Shown piece after piece: positions 21,655-26,687 of a DNA stretch of 26,687 bases. The stretch's first letter is position 1. The number at the start of each line of letters is the position of its first letter. Source of the DNA: Octopus sinensis (taxonomy: Eukaryota); NCBI RefSeq assembly GCF_006345805.1, contig NW_021834119.1:1-26687 (forward strand), written 5' to 3'. A program made the translations under genes and the position numbers. The notes beneath the pieces are model-generated. The model searched no databases. It was not told where the DNA came from and saw only the letters and a program-made list of their open reading frames with translations.

Positions 21655-21900
21655 GTGGAGGCGCGTGTGGCTTAGTGGTTAGGGTGACAGCATCATGATC
21701 GTAAGATTGTGTTTTCGATTCCTGGACCGGGCGACGCGTTGTGTTCTTGAGCAAAAGACTTTATTTCACGTTGCTCCAGTCCACTCAGCTGGCAAAAATG
21801 AGTAACGCTGCGATGGACTGGCGCCCGTCCAGCTGGGGAACACATACGCCATTGAAACCGGGAAACCGGGCCCATGAGCCTGGCTAGGCTTTAAAAGGGT
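21655..21900 (+). mobile_element. tRNA-derived SINE with CORE-like domain, full length
   Basis: GTGGAGGCGCGTGTGGCTTAGTGGTTAGGG..TTCGATTCCTGGACCGGGCGACGCGTTGTGTTCTTGAGCAAAAGACTTTATTTCACGTTGCTCCAGTCCACTCAGCTGG. Confidence 0.88.
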
Positions 21901-21964
21901 GAGAGAGAGTATATATGTATATATATATATATTTATTATTTATACGTATATATGTACATATATA

Positions 21965-22012
21965 TTGCTCTAATGGCTGCAGTCAAGTGATTGAAACAAG
22001 TAAAAGAAAGTA
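21965..22012 (+). mobile_element. Isolated SINE 3' tail remnant
   Basis: GCTCTAATGGCTGCAGTCAAGTGATTGAAACAAGTAAAAGAAAG matches the 14248-14316 tail. Confidence 0.55.
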
Positions 22013-22188
22013 TATATGTGTGTGTATAAGCAACGGAAGAATTTTGGGTTCTTATATTTCGATAAGTGATTTGAAACACATCAGGCCTCAGCGCAATAAT
22101 TGTAGTATTCTCGGTTAATACAAATACGTTATGTGTGAGTGTGTTTACATATACATAGTAACATAAATATGTAAATATATATATATAT

Positions 22189-22230
<42 letters not shown>

Positions 22231-22235
22231 ATATA

Positions 22236-22267
<32 letters not shown>

Positions 22268-22485
22268 TATATATATCACTACAGATATAGGGTAAAGAAT
22301 TATTAATTTAATAATTAATAATTTTACAAGTAGTTTCGGTATGGAAAAAACCATTATCGATAAAAAATTGTCTGTGGAGTCATATCCGTAGTTAAAAGGA
22401 TTAGCTGTCTTTGACTGCTATTTCTAAATCTTCGGTGTGTGGTGAAGCAAATTGTTGCTAAACTCTAATTATATATATATATATA

Positions 22486-22541
<56 letters not shown>

Positions 22542-22769
22542 ATATGAATACGTATATGTATATGCATTTTATACGTGTATGTATGTGTGGTGTGCCTGAG
22601 TATGCATGTATGTATGTCATTAGTTCAGTTTTTTTTCAAGATTTCTTGCCAACAGAGAAAGAGCCGGTTTCTAACCTAGATCCAAGACGCCTTCTTTGGA
22701 ATTTTAACATCAAGAGCGCATTTTTATATGTATATGTTGATAATTTTTGCTTTGTTTTATGTATGTATG

Positions 22770-22800
<31 letters not shown>

Positions 22801-23050
22801 CACACCATACTAGTCATATCTGTCTGGCATGTGGAAGAGAGTGAAATTCGACAGGAGGACTTAAACAACATGCAAAGGTACATGAAGCCCAGTTACAACT
22901 ACAGCCGGCTATTACCAGTAAAGGTTTTAGTTGCCAATTCTGTACAAGACATTGTAGATCTTTGGCTGGGCAAAAAAGTCACATTCGATCACAGTACCAG
23001 TAACAGTTAAGCTTCGTGCAATGGCCATACTCGATAACGAGGGGGCAGCC
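22801..23050 (+). mobile_element. 3' end of an RTE-like LINE with two C-terminal C2H2 zinc fingers, between (TATG)n tracts
   Basis: Frame from 22815: HICLACGRE*NSTGGLKQHAKVH-EAQLQLQPAITSKG-FSCQFCTRHCRSLAGQKSHIRSQYQ* (stop 23001-23003); then 44-bp terminus identical to 1426-1469 and an (ATGT)n tail. A terminal C.C..R.C.S..G..SH.R finger is typical of RTE-clade ORF ends. Confidence 0.7.
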
Positions 23051-23077
23051 ATTATGTATGTATGTATGTATGTCTGA

Positions 23078-23210
23078 AGTGGGGGAATGGTTAGGGTGTT
23101 GGACTCATGATCTTAAGATTGCTGTTTCGATTCCTGAAACGGGCGATGCATTGTGTTCCTGAGCAAAACATTTCACTTCACATTGCTCCTGTAAACCCAA
23201 GCTAGTAAAA
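23078..23210 (+). mobile_element. Degenerate SINE (head + CORE-like region)
   Basis: TGGTTAGGGTGTTGGACTCATGATCTTAAGATTGCTGTTTCGATTCCTG..TTGTGTTCCTGAGCAAAACATTTCACTTCACATTGCTCC. Confidence 0.75.
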
Positions 23211-23677
23211 AAAAGTTAATCTTCCGACATACCAAGCCTCGTAACGGTATACCAATATACATATGCCTGGGCCTATAATATCGGTGTTTTTTTTTTCATT
23301 TTATGACTGTGAAACTTTAGGTCTAATCATTTTCGTTAAACTTTTGTTAACTCCTTTTTGAAGAGCCCCTGTCACTTCCGGTTGCTCACCGAATCTATCC
23401 ACGCCGCAATTCACTCCTTTACTTTGTAACAATTTTAGCGACCAAATCAATGCTCTATTAACGTCAATTACTGTCATCCTGGTTTGTGTTTTGTTTTTAT
23501 TTTTTATTTCGCTTCATTCTAGATTATTTTTAATTCATTTTGATTCATTTTCACTTTATTTTACCGTCATCTTGCTTTATTTTTCAGCCATCTTGTTTTC
23601 ACTCCATTTTCAAATCAATTTTTTTCTTTTACCATTTTTTTAAATTCCCTACTTTATAAGTTTAAGAATCTATATAT

Positions 23678-23678
<1 letters not shown>

Positions 23679-23730
<52 letters not shown>

Positions 23731-23762
23731 TCTGTGTGTGTGTGCGTGTGTGTGTGTTTGTG
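23679..23762. repeat. (TG)n microsatellite
   Basis: Directly visible. Confidence 0.95.
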
Positions 23763-24494
23763 TTATAAATTTATGAATTTTTTATCGCAGTTTATTACAT
23801 ATCTTTATTACATAAATTTTTTTCGCCAGATAAAATTTTTAAAATCGCCATTTTATATCACCTATATTGCCTTTTAAGATTCATTAGCTATTTGTACGCA
23901 TACTTTATACCCACCGCCCATCAAGCGTAGTTCAGTGGCCCCTTAGCTATTTGTTTTTTTATGTGTGTATTTTTTAAATGCATCTATCTCTTGATATTCA
24001 GAAGGATTTTATTTGTTGATGGAATTTGGGTCCATATACAGAATGTATGTGTGAGAGTGTATGTACGTAGCTGTGTTTTTTATCAATTTAGGCGTGTGTC
24101 TTTGCGAGTGTGTGGGAGCGTGTGTGTAAAAAAGAGTCAAACCGTGAAAATGGAGAACGAGGAGACAGCCATATTTTTTAATAATTTTATAGATTTATAT
24201 TTATTATTTTTAATAAATATGTTTTATAAATTCATATTTTGGCAATTTTTTACTATGTTTTTTCATTAGATTTAGAAAGATATTTTTAATGGTCTTATGC
24301 ACTTTTACAAAATTTAATATACAAACATTTTATACACAAACGCTCAAATTCAAAATGCAAAACTTGAAAATTGAGTGTTACTACCACCACCACCACTACC
24401 ACCACCAGCGGCAAATCAGAACCCAGTCTTTTATCCAAATCTTATCGCAGGGTTCTTTCTATAAAAGACAGTATAAATACGTTGTTTCTCCGTT

Positions 24495-24680
24495 GAGTTT
24501 CCTCTAACATCAGAAGTCATTTTTATTCTGATAGCTTCATTCCTTGAACTGCTGTACATTGTAACCTCACCACTTCTGCTCTATAGCATTCAGTGTTTTA
24601 AATTCTCTCTCAATCCACATCATTTGAATCTATAGGCCTTTCGTTTCTTTGTAGTCCCTTGCGCTACAATCGTTTGAAAC
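24495..24680 (+). mobile_element. Possible very old CR1/L2-like LINE 3' remnant
   Basis: IRSHFYSDSFIP*TAVHCNL (24509-24568) resembles the post-RT motif Y.NSFIPRT..LWN.LP; multiple stops. Confidence 0.3.
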
Positions 24681-24818
24681 CTTATTTGGAAGAAAATCAC
24701 ATTTAAAAAACGTAAACTTGTATAACAACACTCTCTGGTCATTATTATGCATCTTTAGAGAAGAGTACATTCTAACAAGCATTTTGAGCTCCCGGGCTAG
24801 AGATAAAGCCTTCTCTAT

Positions 24819-25407
24819 CTATTTATTTACTACCCACAAGGTGCTAACCACAGAGAGGACAAACAAGGACAGACAAAGGGATTAAGTCGATTATATCGAC
24901 CCTAGTGTTTCACTGGTACTTAATTTATCGACCCCGAAAGGAAGAAATGCAAAGTCGACCTCGGTGGAATTTGAACTCAGAACGTAACAGCAGACAAAAT
25001 ACGTATTTCTTTACTACTAAGAAGGGGCTAAACAGAAGACAAACAGACAAGACAAACGGAAATTACGTCGATATATCGACCCCAGTGTTTCACTGGTACT
25101 ATTTATCGACCCCAAAAGGATGACAGGCAAAGTCGACCTCGGCGGAATTTGAACTCAGAACGTAACGGCAGACAAAATACGTATTTCTTTACTACTAAGA
25201 AGGGGCTAAACAGAGAGGACAAACAAGGACAGACAAACGGATTAAGTCGATTATATCGACCCCAGTGTTTCACTGGTACTTAATTTATCGACCCCAAAAG
25301 GATGAAAGGCAAAGTCGACCTCGGCGGAATTTGAACTCAGAACGTAGTGGCAGACGCAATACTGCAAAGTTTTTCGCCCGGTGTGCTAACGTTTCTGCCA
25401 GCTCGCC
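24819..25407 (-). mobile_element. Head-to-tail SINE trimer (full unit 25181-25407 + A-box-less units 25003-25180 and 24819-25002)
   Basis: Three near-identical ~180-bp bodies; junctions AAATAC|GTATTT at 25002/25003 and 25180/25181; same family and breakpoint as 12517-12932. Confidence 0.92.
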
Positions 25408-25709
25408 ATAACCTTCTCTATCACTCATGGCAAACCCTCAGAATGCCTCGGCTGAGCACCCACAACTGTTTCTATTGTGTTTCAGCCGGAAAAATTATTT
25501 GATATTGACAGTATGGAGGGTTGCAGACAACGACAACAAATTAAGTGCAACGTTGTCAATAAAGCTATCGATCACCAATCGATACTTCTGTGTGTGTGTG
25601 TGTGTGAAGTAAAGTTATATCAGTAGCTTCTTCATATCGTTTTCAATCTCAAATACGTATTTCGATTGGTGTAATGTCTCATATCATTAATTTAAAAGAC
25701 ATGTTATGA

Positions 25710-25730
25710 ATTTTATATATGTATGTATAT

Positions 25731-25781
<51 letters not shown>

Positions 25782-26045
25782 ATGTATATATTCATATATA
25801 TGTATATATTCATGTATATATATACACACATATATGTTATATACATACGTATATATATATACACATGATATATACGTATGTGTATGTACATATGAATTCA
25901 TGGCTACGTACGTATATATACACATATATATGTATATACACACACACACACATATATATATAGACACATATATATTATATATGTGTGTATATACATATAT
26001 ATGTGTGTATGTATATATGTATGTATTTGTGTGTGATGTATATGG
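25710..26045. repeat. (TA)/(TG)/(CA) compound microsatellite
   Basis: Directly visible. Confidence 0.9.
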
Positions 26046-26104
26046 TAGACAGAAAATGTAAAGCGGTCCGGCGTGTGTGTGTGTATGCTTGTATATGTCT
26101 GTTT

Positions 26105-26297
26105 ATTGCTGTCCGTGTCAACCAGTGCCGAGGGGTGTCTCTTTATGTCAAAACATTAACCGAGCAGATCGATAAATTGGAATCGATTAAAATAAGTAAG
26201 ACATTAAAATAAGTTCTAGAATCAATGTCGTCGACTAAAACCTTTGATGTCTCTGCCCCACTATGGCCGCAGTTCGATGACTGAAACCATTAAAGGA
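26105..26297 (+). mobile_element. Degenerate SINE 3' part with LINE-related tail
   Basis: GTCAACCAGTGC..AATAAGT..GTCGACTAAAA..TGCCCCACTATGGCCGCAGTTCGATGACTGAAAC. Confidence 0.65.
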
Positions 26298-26316
26298 ATA
26301 TATATATATATATATT

Positions 26317-26358
<42 letters not shown>

Positions 26359-26687
26359 GTGTGTATATTAATAAATAATTATATAAATGTGTGTGTGCGA
26401 GTGTGTGTTTGTGTGTCTATATATGAATATATATATACATGATGGTGATTCTCTACTCTTTATATACATAGTTTGACCACCTCCTGTACCTACACCTCAG
26501 AAACATCATGGCACCTGATGTGGCTTTTTAAACCAGTCTATGTTTTGAAAAGACAACCACGTAAACTGCATATTCGATTTGGACCACCAAGAGTAGCAGA
26601 TATATACACATATATGTATGTATATATATATATATATACAGATTGCTAGATAGATAGATACTTATACATGCATACATACATATAATA

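Noticed and set aside
22815-23003. Host C2H2 zinc-finger gene exon
   Set aside because: In-frame stop, no clear splice boundaries, no TGEKP-type linker, and it is followed by a retroelement terminus shared with 1426-1469.
23364-23462. Candidate next anosmin exon after TTTTTGAAG
   Set aside because: Phase-1 translation (EPLSLPVAHRIYPRRNSLL...) shows no FNIII similarity and reaches a stop; candidates near 5850 and 6085 stop within a few codons.

Overview
AT-rich, microsatellite-saturated animal genomic DNA. The repeat families look like those of an octopod cephalopod (inference from recalled SINE families, not a database hit). Only one host coding exon is supportable: 2998-3208 (+), with AG/GT boundaries, encoding the end of a Cys-rich region plus a WAP (four-disulfide core) domain that closely resembles anosmin-1/KAL1. 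The rest appears to be intron filled with simple repeats and retroelement debris: (i) CR1/L2-like LINE 3' ends; (ii) four R4/Dong-like restriction-like-endonuclease (RLE) LINE fragments adjoining (TAA)n tracts; (iii) an RTE-like 3' end with two C2H2 fingers and a probable non-autonomous relative sharing an identical 44-bp terminus; (iv) several tRNA-derived SINE families, including head-to-tail multimers with a fixed palindromic junction; (v) a ~380-bp foldback element; (vi) a 40-bp minisatellite resembling a SINE head. The most interesting signal is a set of short repeats beside (TA)n tracts at 15.5-19.4 kb. On the minus strand they carry minimal type I hammerhead-ribozyme-like folds with a compensatory change in helix I and non-canonical cores, consistent with Penelope-like/retrozyme elements. 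Nearly all ORFs in the supplied track are translations of microsatellites or repeats. All alignments and folds were done by eye.
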